NCBI GenBank assembly: GCA_023717605.1 | Contig: JAMQPH010000315.1 | Span: forward strand, 1 to 61,837 | Source: Pyrinomonadaceae bacterium | Lineage (GTDB): Bacteria; Acidobacteriota; Blastocatellia; Pyrinomonadales; Pyrinomonadaceae | DNA length: 61,837 nucleotides | Direction: 5' to 3' | Shown: positions 18,507-27,210 of the stretch, piece by piece | Numbering within the stretch: position 1 is the first letter of the stretch | How the letters are laid out: each line of letters begins with the position of its first letter | Program-made: the position numbers and the translations under genes | The notes under the pieces: generated by a model | The model's input: the letters and a program-made list of their open reading frames with translations, nothing else | Databases searched by the model: none | What the model was told of the DNA's origin: nothing

Positions 18507-19556
18507 TCACAGGGATCGCAATAGCAGAGGAACCTCGGCAAGCACATGAGCGATTGCGACTGCGAAGTAAACGTCGCGCGTCACGCTGTAGTCGACAACG
18601 AATCCAAACCAAAGCAGCCCCATCAACAACAGTCCGATTACGAGCATCGCCACAATCAAAACTGGAAATCCGCGCGGGTGTCGGAAGAGAGGCATCGTCT
18701 TCACATCCCAGATCGCGCCGCTGGCGCCGATGAGCGGCAAGGCCACAAGCCACACACCGTAGTGCAGCATCTCCAGAAAGACGTGAAGTGAAACAAGCAG
18801 GTGGCTGGACACGTTCGGGAAAATCTGGGCTCCCGAGTGCTGCGTGATACGCCAGGCCAGGCCGTTGTCATCGGCGAGCGCGGGCGTGCTGGCCAGCTGC
18901 AGGCAAATTGCCGCGCCGAGTAGCGGGACTAACGCCAGGCAACGACGATACGCACTTAACCATTCTGGACGTGTGCGTCGCAGATGGCGATCCAAAAACC
19001 ACAAAGCAACGACTGGATGCAGATAAACAACTGCCAGGCTGAAGATCTCGGGTGCCAACCAGTTCAGTGAGCACAACGCAAAAGCGATTGGCCAGGCCCA
19101 CGTTCCTACCGCGGTCCACTTGCCGCGACGATACTGCTTTCCGCGTAGCCAGACCAGAGCGGCAATCCACAACAGCAAGAGAGTGTTCCAAACTCCGATC
19201 AAGACTGGCCAGTTATTGCCGGACCAGACTCCCGCATAATAGAGTGCGGGCAGCGAGAGGTAACTAATAGTGAGGAAACCAATGCCCGCGAAAGCAACCA
19301 TAAAGAAGTTGCGCGAGCGACCGAAACGCACGGGCAGTCGTGTTAGGAAATAGCGCAGCTCAAACCAGTTGTGTGGACCGGCGAAGAGAAACACGGTCAC
19401 AATAGAAAACTGTAGCGGCACCCAGCTCGCCAGCAACGCGGAGAGGCAGGCCGACGCTACCAGCGCGCCGACAAAGAGCCTGGTGTGTCTTTGTCCTGTG
19501 CGTGATAACCGCGCCGCGCGCCAGGCAATTGTTTCTAATTGCGCCGTCCGTTCCAT
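18507..19556 (-). CDS. Hypothetical polytopic membrane protein with His-containing TM motifs
   Basis: 349-aa ORF with about 9-10 hydrophobic segments. Histidine motifs GPHNWFELRYF, YLHPVVALW, FLEMLHYG and AIAHVLAEVP. Its ATG (19554-19556) abuts the stop of the upstream gene (19557-19559). Confidence 0.7.
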   Translation of the reverse strand: MERTAQLETIAWRAARLSRTGQRHTRLFVGALVASACLSALLASWVPLQFSIVTVFLFAGPHNWFELRYFLTRLPVRFGRSRNFFMVAFAGIGFLTISYLSLPALYYAGVWSGNNWPVLIGVWNTLLLLWIAALVWLRGKQYRRGKWTAVGTWAWPIAFALCSLNWLAPEIFSLAVVYLHPVVALWFLDRHLRRTRPEWLSAYRRCLALVPLLGAAICLQLASTPALADDNGLAWRITQHSGAQIFPNVSSHLLVSLHVFLEMLHYGVWLVALPLIGASGAIWDVKTMPLFRHPRGFPVLIVAMLVIGLLLMGLLWFGFVVDYSVTRDVYFAVAIAHVLAEVPLLLRSL

Positions 19557-20153
19557 TTACTCTTCGCCTGTTTTGAGGTTAGGAGGCATCTGCGGAAGGA
19601 TCAGTTTCATGCCGTCGCCTTCCGGCATAATTTCAATCGTCACTTGTCCCGCTGTTGTGCGTCCGGCGGTCAGGTTTTGGCCCAAATTGCGCCAGCGATA
19701 AGCCGGCGGCGCGCCGTTTCCGCGAGTGATGATTGCTGCTGCTCCAATCACCGCTGCACCGATAATCATTGCAGCCATCACTTTCTGACCGCGACTCTGC
19801 CCTGCACGGGCCAGCCATACACCACCGAAAGAAAGAGACAGGAACAAGAAAACACCCGAGATGATGGTCTGCGACGAAGTGCCGCCAATGCGCTGGGTTA
19901 TTGATTGATCGCCGGGCGTAGCTTCCAAGGCGGCTTGCATGAGCCGCAGGGTCTCCTTCGAGATCTGCAGGCGCGCGTTGTAAGAGTTGGCGTCCGGCAC
20001 GATCTCCATATTCGTAATCGTAAGTACCTTGATCGCTGATCGTATTGGCGGAGTGGGTTTTGGCTTTGGAGGGGGCGCTAGATCTGCAGAGACTTGATTG
20101 GCGCTTCCGAGTAACAGGAGACCGAGTGCGAAGACACAAAGTAGTCGTTTCAT
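19557..20153 (-). CDS. Hypothetical exported/membrane-anchored protein
   Basis: ATG 20153 is preceded by GGAGG. Signal peptide MKRLLCVFALGLLLLGSA, a PPPKPKPTPP linker and two central Gly/Ala-rich hydrophobic segments. The longer ORF to 20207 is unlikely. Confidence 0.65.
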   Translation of the reverse strand: MKRLLCVFALGLLLLGSANQVSADLAPPPKPKPTPPIRSAIKVLTITNMEIVPDANSYNARLQISKETLRLMQAALEATPGDQSITQRIGGTSSQTIISGVFLFLSLSFGGVWLARAGQSRGQKVMAAMIIGAAVIGAAAIITRGNGAPPAYRWRNLGQNLTAGRTTAGQVTIEIMPEGDGMKLILPQMPPNLKTGEE

Positions 20154-20361
20154 GGAAACCTCCGAGTGAGTGCAGCCGCAACTAACCTGCGCGAAAATGA
20201 GTTTCAAGGCCGCGCATTACAGCGTTGGACCAGCGGCTGGGCAGATGGGAACTGTTCAAGCATTAGTGCTCGAACGATGTAATAACTTGTAGGTACAATC
20301 TAGACATCCTCCGGTCGACGAGTGCCTAATTCCCGGAGGCGATGCTAGAATACCACTTAGA

Positions 20362-21315
20362 TTGAGAGAGGTAACCAAACCGTTGTCCCGTGAACTTCGA
20401 GTAATCAGCAACCAACCAAAACCACGCCAGCCCAAGCCTGACTGGCTTAGGATTCGACTGGGTGATCCGACCAATCAGAACAACGTGCTGAAGCTGATCG
20501 AAGGTTTGAACCTTCACACTGTCTGTCAGGAAGCGCGTTGCCCGAACATCTTTGAATGCTGGTCCGACCGCACGGCGACATTCATGCTCGGCGGTGACAT
20601 TTGCACGCGCCACTGCGGCTTTTGTGCGGTAGGCAAGGGCCAGCCCGGCGCGCTCGACAGCGAGGAACCCCTTCACGTAGCGGAAGCAGTGCGACACCTG
20701 AATCTGGCCCACACCGTTATCACTTCAGTAAATCGAGACGATCTGCCTGACGGCGGCGCGGCCCATTGGGCGGAAACGATTCGCCAGGTGCGAATGCTTA
20801 ACCCAGACTGCAAAGTCGAGGTACTGATTCCAGATTTCAACGGCGACGAAGCGGCGCTCAACACCGTGCTCGATGCCCAACCCGACGTACTCAATCACAA
20901 CACGGAGACCATCGCGCGTCTTTATAGACGCGTGCGACCGGATGCCGACTACCAGCAGTCGCTCACGTTGCTGCGGCGCGCAGGCGAACGACGTGATCGT
21001 GAACAACGCGGTATGCTCACCAAGAGCGGCATCATGGTTGGACTTGGCGAAGAGTTTGATGAGGTGGTTGAGTTGATGAAGGACCTGCGTTCGGTCTCCT
21101 GTGACATCATGACGATTGGACAGTATCTCCAGCCGTATGAGAAGCGTCTGCCGGTGGAGCGCTATGTAACTCCTCAAGAGTTTGATCGTTGGCGCGACAT
21201 CGGCATGGAGATGGGATTCCATCATGTCCAATCGAGTCCGCTTACCCGATCTTCCTACCATGCAAGGGAACAGGCGGAAACCGAAGAGCAGGCTTCTATA
21301 GCGACACTCGGATAG
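20362..21315 (+). CDS. lipA: Lipoyl synthase (radical SAM)
   Basis: N-terminal cluster motif CQEARCPNIFECW, radical-SAM motif CTRHCGFC and KPDWLRIRL near the N-terminus. TTG start as in the ORF track; the exact start is uncertain. Confidence 0.92.
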   Translation: MREVTKPLSRELRVISNQPKPRQPKPDWLRIRLGDPTNQNNVLKLIEGLNLHTVCQEARCPNIFECWSDRTATFMLGGDICTRHCGFCAVGKGQPGALDSEEPLHVAEAVRHLNLAHTVITSVNRDDLPDGGAAHWAETIRQVRMLNPDCKVEVLIPDFNGDEAALNTVLDAQPDVLNHNTETIARLYRRVRPDADYQQSLTLLRRAGERRDREQRGMLTKSGIMVGLGEEFDEVVELMKDLRSVSCDIMTIGQYLQPYEKRLPVERYVTPQEFDRWRDIGMEMGFHHVQSSPLTRSSYHAREQAETEEQASIATLG

Positions 21316-21482
21316 CACGAAGTTCTTCGGTGATTGCACATCCTGGTTCGCATAGAGAACGTCCCACGAACTCACACGAAACCAATACCAACTATTTAGG
21401 TCGAGAATCACTACTTTCACAAACGTCGATCTGCTCATTGTTTGGATGTTGGTAAATCTGATCGACTTAATCCAGTACCGCT

Positions 21483-21597
21483 CAAGCACAGAACCATTTG
21501 CGGTAGCCAATGGATGCTAAGCTCAACCAGGCCCGTAGCTACTCAGGTTGGATTGAGTGCTAGTTTCCATTGGCTACCGCAAATGGTTCTGTGCTTG
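21483..21597. repeat. Perfect 32-bp inverted repeat element (family a: CAGAACCATTTGCSGTAGCCAATGGA)
   Basis: CAAGCACAGAACCATTTGCGGTAGCCAATGGA (21483-21514) is the exact reverse complement of 21566-21597. The 51-nt spacer is itself partly self-complementary. Confidence 0.95.
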
Positions 21598-21765
21598 GGT
21601 GGTGCTGGGTCTGGTTGACCTTACCCTGGCTACCGCGTGGTTGGTCCTGACGGAACAAACTGTAGCTGATGCCCGGGAACAATCTCTAGCTGGCGTGCGG
21701 AGGGCTCTGCTAGAATCCGCGCGCGTCAAGTTTTTTGCCAACTAGCGGTCAGCGTCCCTTTCAAA

Positions 21766-22794
21766 ATGAAAGCAGTCATCTTCAACCAACACGGTGGGCC
21801 GGAGGTGCTTCAGTACACTGATGTGCCCGATCCGACAATCAAGGCAAATGAAGTCCTGGTGGAAGTTCGTGCCTGTGCGCTGAATCACCTGGATGTTTGG
21901 GTGCGCAGAGGTTTGCCTGGAATCGAGATTCCATTCCCGCACATACTAGGCAATGACATCGCTGGTGTAGTTCGCGAAGTCGGTGAGTTAGCCACATGGG
22001 TTCGCCCTGGCGACCAAGTGATGTTGAATCCCGGCGTCTCTTGTGGCCATTGTCTCGAGTGTTTAAGCGGCCGAGATAATCTTTGTCGCGAGTATTCAGT
22101 TCTCGGCCAGAGTCGCGCCGGAGGTTACGCCGAGTTGGTGGCCGCGCCGGCAGTCAATGTAGTTCCGAAACCGGAAGATCTGAGCTGGGAAGAAGCGGCC
22201 GCACTTCCTTTAGTCACCCTCACCGCGTGGCACATGTTGGTGACCCGCGCTAACTTGCAGCCGGGCGAGGATGTGCTGGTTCATGCGGCCGGAAGCGGCG
22301 TGGGTTCAATGGGGATTCAGATTGCCAAGTTGCGTGGTGCGCGCGTGATCGCTACTGCCCGGTCTGACGACAAACTCGCCAAGGCCAAAGAGCTGGGCGC
22401 CGATGAAACGCTCAACTACACGAGGGAAGATTGGCCCAAAGAGGTCAGACGATTGACGGGCCGCAAAGGCGTTGATGTCGTTTTTGAGCACACCGGCGCC
22501 AACACCTGGCCCGGCTCGATTACTTCCCTCAAGAATAATGGCCGGTTAGTTACATGCGGCGCGACCAGCGGCTTCGACGGCAAAACTGACATTCGCCAGA
22601 TCTTCTATCGCCATCTGACGATTCTCGGCTCGTTCATGGGTTCAAAGGCGGAATTGATAGAAGCGATGAAGTTCGTTGAGATAGGCTTGATTCGCGCGGT
22701 GGTTGATCAAACTCTGCCGCTCTCAGAAGCCAGACGCGCGCACGAGTTGATGGAAGATCGGGCGCAGTTTGGAAAGCTGGTTTTGGTCCCGTGA
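21766..22794 (+). CDS. Zinc-type alcohol dehydrogenase / quinone oxidoreductase (MDR superfamily)
   Basis: GroES-like N-terminal domain, Cys cluster GHCLECLSGRDNLC and Rossmann motif HAAGSGVGS. Confidence 0.88.
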   Translation: MKAVIFNQHGGPEVLQYTDVPDPTIKANEVLVEVRACALNHLDVWVRRGLPGIEIPFPHILGNDIAGVVREVGELATWVRPGDQVMLNPGVSCGHCLECLSGRDNLCREYSVLGQSRAGGYAELVAAPAVNVVPKPEDLSWEEAAALPLVTLTAWHMLVTRANLQPGEDVLVHAAGSGVGSMGIQIAKLRGARVIATARSDDKLAKAKELGADETLNYTREDWPKEVRRLTGRKGVDVVFEHTGANTWPGSITSLKNNGRLVTCGATSGFDGKTDIRQIFYRHLTILGSFMGSKAELIEAMKFVEIGLIRAVVDQTLPLSEARRAHELMEDRAQFGKLVLVP

Positions 22795-22807
22795 GCCGGA
22801 CCCTTCC

Positions 22808-22982
22808 GCGGCTTTGCCGCGTCACCTTGCGGTAAGGCTCCGCCTTACCGTGGACCACCCGATTTTACTGAGGCTGTGCCTCTGGCGGACTCCGGAGAGG
22901 CATAGCCTCGAGTTCAATTTGGATGCTTCCGGTAAGGCAGAGCCGGCAGAGCCTTACCGCACTGGAGGGGCGGCAAAGCCGC
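22808..22982. repeat. 175-nt nested palindrome (outer 13-bp stem enclosing three hairpins)
   Basis: Outer stem GCGGCTTTGCCGC (22808-22820) pairs with GCGGCAAAGCCGC (22970-22982). Hairpin 1 is CGGTAAGGC/GCCTTACCG (22830-22850). Hairpin 2 is GAGGCTGTGCCTCT/AGAGGCATAGCCTC (22870-22909). Hairpin 3 is CGGTAAGGC/GCCTTACCG (22930-22959). Confidence 0.9.
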
Positions 22983-23030
22983 ATACCGTGAAAGCCCTTC
23001 CTGACGGGACTTGAGCCATCCTTCAAAACT

Positions 23031-23054
23031 CTCCGCGTCTCCCCATCTCCGAGT
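23031..23054. repeat. CTCCGYGT-type octamer run (3 units)
   Basis: CTCCGCGT CTCCCCAT CTCCGAGT lies immediately downstream of a minus-strand gene. The same arrangement occurs at 41-96. Confidence 0.7.
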
Positions 23055-23060
23055 CGCTTT

Positions 23061-23441
23061 CTATTTCCCAGTGTAATCCTCTACCACAAAGCGCTTCCGG
23101 AGTTGAGGCATATTGCCTTGTTCGAGATCGAAGTTTGTTCCGCCAATGACGCGTTTGCCGTCGTCTGTGGTGACCCAGTCGACAACCTGTGGCGCATTAG
23201 CGCGCAAGTATGCTGCGTCGTCCTTGTCGATTGGCTTGCCATCCTGCCGGGAGAAAACCCAAACATAAGTGAATTGCCCGTTACGAATAAATTGCAGGTC
23301 TCGCTCGAAGGCAGTACGCGGCACTGGCGAGGCCGACGTCGAGGGCTGCATGGTTGGGGAATCACCCGCCGAGCGGTTGGTGCCGCTTTGGCTACAGCCC
23401 TGTGACAAGCAGGCGCCCAGGGCGATTAAGACAAACAGCAA
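23061..23441 (-). CDS. Hypothetical lipoprotein
   Basis: Lipobox-like LIALGACLSQGCS followed by a soluble domain. The ORF track extends to 23597, but that part translates a repeat element. No ATG/GTG lies near the signal peptide, so TTG at 23441 is a guess. Confidence 0.5.
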   Translation of the reverse strand: MLFVLIALGACLSQGCSQSGTNRSAGDSPTMQPSTSASPVPRTAFERDLQFIRNGQFTYVWVFSRQDGKPIDKDDAAYLRANAPQVVDWVTTDDGKRVIGGTNFDLEQGNMPQLRKRFVVEDYTGK

Positions 23442-23527
23442 AAACCTTGAGATTTGACCGAAGGATCTAGACCAAAATAGCGAGGCGCAGCCTCGCCCTG
23501 ATAGAAAGTGGCCGACGGAAAGCCGGA

Positions 23528-23555
23528 GGCTTTCCGCAAGGGGTGCGGCAAAGCC
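23528..23555. repeat. GGCTTTCCGC-AAGGGGT-GCGGCAAAGCC hairpin unit (family c)
   Basis: A near-identical unit occurs at 1-29, and its GCGGCAAAGCC arm recurs at 22970-22982. Confidence 0.85.
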
Positions 23556-23738
23556 GCTCATGTCGCCCCAGGAATGTGAAAGGAATTTGGTGCTCACGTC
23601 ACGCTCACTTTGGTGCTCACGCCTACTCCCTTTGGTGCACCCCTACTCCCTACATCACCATCGATCTGTTCCAACGGGTGTGGTGATGCCGTGGCCTACC
23701 CGGTCGCAGCCACTCACCGGTTCTGACTTGAGTGGAAG

Positions 23739-25445
23739 TTAAGGTCGTTCATTTTGAGGTTCCTCATCCGGTAACGGTTCCTGGCCGTCATTAATCAGGC
23801 CAGACTCAGGTAATTCCGGAGTTGGCTCACCTTTTTGGTCACGGATCTTCAGAATGGTGCACTCAGAATCCTCATAAACAATTTCAAACCAGCCGCTCTC
23901 TTTCGCATTGTCGAAAAAATTGTCGTGGGCATTGTCGGTAAAAACAAACCGAGCACCAAACCGATCGCGAATCAGTGGACCAGGATCTTCTTCATCCCCC
24001 GCAGTGATCCGATCATAGAGTTTTGACAGCGCCGAATCTCGATCATAAAGGTAGGTCGGATCTAGACCCGACACGTACTTATGACTCGGGTCGTAGTAAA
24101 AGAGTCGCGGGAAGTCGTCCCACTCGGTATTAAAGACTATCTGGGCCGGAGTGACATTCGCACGCATCCACTCGGCCCCGGCCCGGTAATAGTCATGCGG
24201 TTTGCTCTTCCTAATGTCATTTGCCGTAGCTCGCAAATTGAAGGCCAAGACTACTCCTAAAAGTACTGCTATCACGGCAGCGACGATGATTCGCACGAGC
24301 TCACTGCGGTCCTCCGCAATCGGTTCTGGCCCAGGTTCTTTGCGATCGAGAAAAGGCTGCAGCTCCTCCAGGAGGTCTGTCGGCAATCCCGTCAACGCCG
24401 ACCGCGCGCCCACAAGCCAGGGCTGTAGCGCAAACGCAGAAAACATCACCGCGAAGGGTGGCCAGTATTCGGCTATGCGCTTCCACCGAGCTGTCATGAT
24501 CATCAGGGCGGTGGAGAAAATCAGAAAGAAGAGCGGATGATTGGCTCGCTTTCGATCCGAGGGGTCAAAAGCGATGTACCCCACGAGCATGGCAATGCAG
24601 GCCACCAGTGAGTTTCCAATGAATTCCCAGGAATCGTAGGGATACCATTCCTGCCCAACCTTCGTTGAAAAGTCGGATGGCACCAATTTTATTCTCAAAT
24701 GTTGGTAGAAGAGGTGCAGGTTCTTCGGAAAGTAGGGATTAATAATGAATCCCGCGGCGGTGCCTACCAGCACCCACGCGATTGGTCGCCACTCGAAGCG
24801 ACGTTCCGTCCAGCCGATAACCGCCACCCAGATGAACACACCCAGGATCAGCAACACAAACATGTCGTAAGTAAGTGTGAAGATGAATGCGAGCGGACCA
24901 AGCAACCAATACTTCTTCTTGAAGAGCAAATATATTCCGGCAATGAGATAGATGATGGCAAAAGGCGGGGCCTTGGCCATGTTTAGCCGGTACAGAAACG
25001 GAGAAGAGCAAGCGAGCAGGGCAACCAGCCAAACCAGAACGTAACGAATTCGGTGGTGTACCAGAAACCAGTAACAGGAAAGAACGGCCAGACTTGCAAA
25101 AACAACTGAAGCGATCTTTGAGCCCAGCCGTGCGTCCCCAAACGTGAATGGGATCTGGAAGATGTGGAATAGAAAATGATGATCGACGTAGTCTTTTGGG
25201 TTGAGGGTCGTCAGCGGCAACCAGGTGAAAATCGGTGGAAAGGCTCGATTGCGCAACCCTTCCCACAGCAACCGGCTCCACTTGACATGGTAATAACCAT
25301 CGAAGTCGCCACAGCAAATCGCATCGGTAGAGAATTGGAGTCGCCAGAATATCAGCCCTATAGCGATTGCCGCCGCGGCCACCTGGACGCCGCGCGTTGC
25401 AGTCTCGGATTTCAGCGCACTGGAAAGCTTTGGCGAGATCTTCAT
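23739..25445 (-). CDS. Large polytopic membrane protein, possibly a GT-C-fold (ArnT/PMT-like) glycosyltransferase
   Basis: 568 aa, about 11-12 hydrophobic segments. The first loop has an acidic motif (CCGDFDGYYH) and the C-terminal about 150 aa form a soluble domain. The fold assignment is inferred from architecture only. Confidence 0.55.
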   Translation of the reverse strand: MKISPKLSSALKSETATRGVQVAAAAIAIGLIFWRLQFSTDAICCGDFDGYYHVKWSRLLWEGLRNRAFPPIFTWLPLTTLNPKDYVDHHFLFHIFQIPFTFGDARLGSKIASVVFASLAVLSCYWFLVHHRIRYVLVWLVALLACSSPFLYRLNMAKAPPFAIIYLIAGIYLLFKKKYWLLGPLAFIFTLTYDMFVLLILGVFIWVAVIGWTERRFEWRPIAWVLVGTAAGFIINPYFPKNLHLFYQHLRIKLVPSDFSTKVGQEWYPYDSWEFIGNSLVACIAMLVGYIAFDPSDRKRANHPLFFLIFSTALMIMTARWKRIAEYWPPFAVMFSAFALQPWLVGARSALTGLPTDLLEELQPFLDRKEPGPEPIAEDRSELVRIIVAAVIAVLLGVVLAFNLRATANDIRKSKPHDYYRAGAEWMRANVTPAQIVFNTEWDDFPRLFYYDPSHKYVSGLDPTYLYDRDSALSKLYDRITAGDEEDPGPLIRDRFGARFVFTDNAHDNFFDNAKESGWFEIVYEDSECTILKIRDQKGEPTPELPESGLINDGQEPLPDEEPQNERP

Positions 25446-25474
25446 CTATTGACGTTCTTCGACACGCGAGCAAC

Positions 25475-25969
25475 TCAAAGATGTTCAATAAGATCAAGAA
25501 GAGCCCGAGGCTCGATTGGTTTAGTCAGGTGGGCATTGAAGCCGGCGTCCAGCGAACGCGCGCGGTCGTCAAACATGGAGAACCCGGTGACGGCAACCAT
25601 TGGAACTTTGTCGTAACCCGGCAGTGCGCGCAAAGTTTTAGCCAAATCGTAACCACTCATCCCGGGCATACCAATATCAGAGATAACCACGTCAAATTTG
25701 TGCTCGCGGGCGGCTTCAAGTGCAGCGAAGCCGGAATCAGCAGTGACCACTTCATAACCTTCGTTCTCCAGCAGCACTGACAGCATGTAAGTGACATCCT
25801 CCACATCATCTACTACCAGGGCGTGTCGCTTACGTTCGAGTTTATTCGTGGATTGGTGCTCGAAAACGGACTCCCCGGTTGATCCGTTGGCCTGAGGCGA
25901 CAAGTACTGACTCGGGAAATCAAAGAGAATCGACTGAATGGCAACACGGGAGACGTAGTTACCCTGCAT
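25475..25969 (-). CDS. Stand-alone response regulator receiver protein
   Basis: VVDD, SDIGMPGMSG and LTKPI receiver motifs, with no output domain. ATG 25969 is chosen over the longer ORF to 26080. Confidence 0.85.
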   Translation of the reverse strand: MQGNYVSRVAIQSILFDFPSQYLSPQANGSTGESVFEHQSTNKLERKRHALVVDDVEDVTYMLSVLLENEGYEVVTADSGFAALEAAREHKFDVVISDIGMPGMSGYDLAKTLRALPGYDKVPMVAVTGFSMFDDRARSLDAGFNAHLTKPIEPRALLDLIEHL

Positions 25970-26114
25970 GATTGGACCTTTCCGAAAGCTGTTAGGGAGA
26001 TAGCATCCAGGAAACACGCATAATTTAGCCGAAGTCAGTAATGCGTGTCTACGCTTATACCCGCATTGGCCGGCTTGCAATAGAATCTTGACATCGAGGT
26101 CCTAGACTCCCTTC

Positions 26115-26780
26115 ATGTATCCAGCGGGCAATCTCTTCATCCCGGCAGCCCACGGCCGACTCGAAGCCATTCTGAAGGAACCGCCCAGGGGTCTTGCACG
26201 TGGTGTGGCTCTCGTTCTTCATCCGCATCCGTTAGGCGGCGGCACCATGCACAATAAGGTAGTGTTTAGGGCAGCCAGTGCTTTGAATTACGCCGGATTG
26301 ATTACCCTGCGAATGAATTTTCGCGGCGTGGGTCAGAGTACGGGAGAGCACGATGAGGGGCGCGGGGAACTCGAAGACGTGCGTGCGGGGTTGGACTATC
26401 TTGAAGAAAAATATCGCGACTTCGACGTAACGCTTTGTGGGTTTTCCTTCGGGGCTCGAGTCGGACTGGAAGTCGGCATCACGGACGAGCGCGTTATTAA
26501 TCTGATAAGCATTGGCACGCCTGTGGACAAATACGATTTCAGTTTCCTGGAGGCTTGTCGTAAATCGATATTATTCGTGCACGGCGATAGAGACGAGTTT
26601 GGTGAGCTTGCGAAACTCAAGGAGATCGTGGCAAAGCTCGAGCCGCACACTCAAGTTCAACTTTCAGTCATTACCGGCGCCGATCATTTCTTCGAGGGCC
26701 GTTTGGATGAATTGAAACGTGTGATAACCGGATGGATTTTGAAACAACTCAACCAGCGTGTTGAGTCATTTTCCCCATAG
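26115..26780 (+). CDS. Alpha/beta hydrolase fold protein
   Basis: Nucleophile elbow GFSFGA, plus HGDRDEF and GADHFF consistent with a Ser-Asp-His triad. Confidence 0.75.
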   Translation: MYPAGNLFIPAAHGRLEAILKEPPRGLARGVALVLHPHPLGGGTMHNKVVFRAASALNYAGLITLRMNFRGVGQSTGEHDEGRGELEDVRAGLDYLEEKYRDFDVTLCGFSFGARVGLEVGITDERVINLISIGTPVDKYDFSFLEACRKSILFVHGDRDEFGELAKLKEIVAKLEPHTQVQLSVITGADHFFEGRLDELKRVITGWILKQLNQRVESFSP

Positions 26781-26831
26781 CTTTCACGATCCCAAGAGTC
26801 GGTTCTTGTAGGAATGTCACTTCACCTTGCC

Positions 26832-27071
26832 TCACTCATCCCGATCAACTGAGCTGATCGAAATGAATTCTGACGTCGGTGTCTTTTTATCGCGCAGTCG
26901 TAACCGGACAAACGTAAGGGCGATAGCTACCGCGACAGCCAACACAAATCCACCGAGGAGGAGGTTGCCGAGGTCGTTGAAATCGGTGGCGATTTCCTCT
27001 TGAATCAAGAAGATCGTAAGAGCCTGGATGTAATAAAGAGAGAACAGAAAAGTTACTGGCACAGCATTCAA
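26832..27071 (-). CDS. Small two-TM membrane protein (hypothetical)
   Basis: 79-aa ORF with two hydrophobic helices and a charged tail. No homology recognised. Confidence 0.4.
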   Translation of the reverse strand: MNAVPVTFLFSLYYIQALTIFLIQEEIATDFNDLGNLLLGGFVLAVAVAIALTFVRLRLRDKKTPTSEFISISSVDRDE

Positions 27072-27210
27072 CCTTTCATTTCTACGATTAGAACGCGGCC
27101 AGCTAATAGTTAGACACCGGATGAGTGATGCGGTTCCCGTTATTGTCCCCGACCCATCAGTTACGACATTACTATTTACGTTTTACGCGTCACAGACATA
27201 CGATAGCGCC

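Noticed and set aside
20725-21510. A 261-aa ORF antisense to lipA.
   Set aside because: It lies entirely opposite a well-supported conserved gene, shows no motifs, and its 5' end runs into the family-a repeat.
23442-23597. An N-terminal extension of the lipoprotein ORF.
   Set aside because: It translates the GGCTTTCCGC..GCGGCAAAGCC hairpin and adjacent direct repeats. The lipobox-containing signal peptide starts further downstream.
24739-25497. A 252-aa alternative-frame ORF overlapping the large membrane protein gene. A similar case is 19633-20181 over the 19557-20153 gene.
   Set aside because: They are same-strand out-of-frame overlaps with Arg/Pro-rich composition. The hydrophobic, periodic frames of the chosen genes are far more protein-like.
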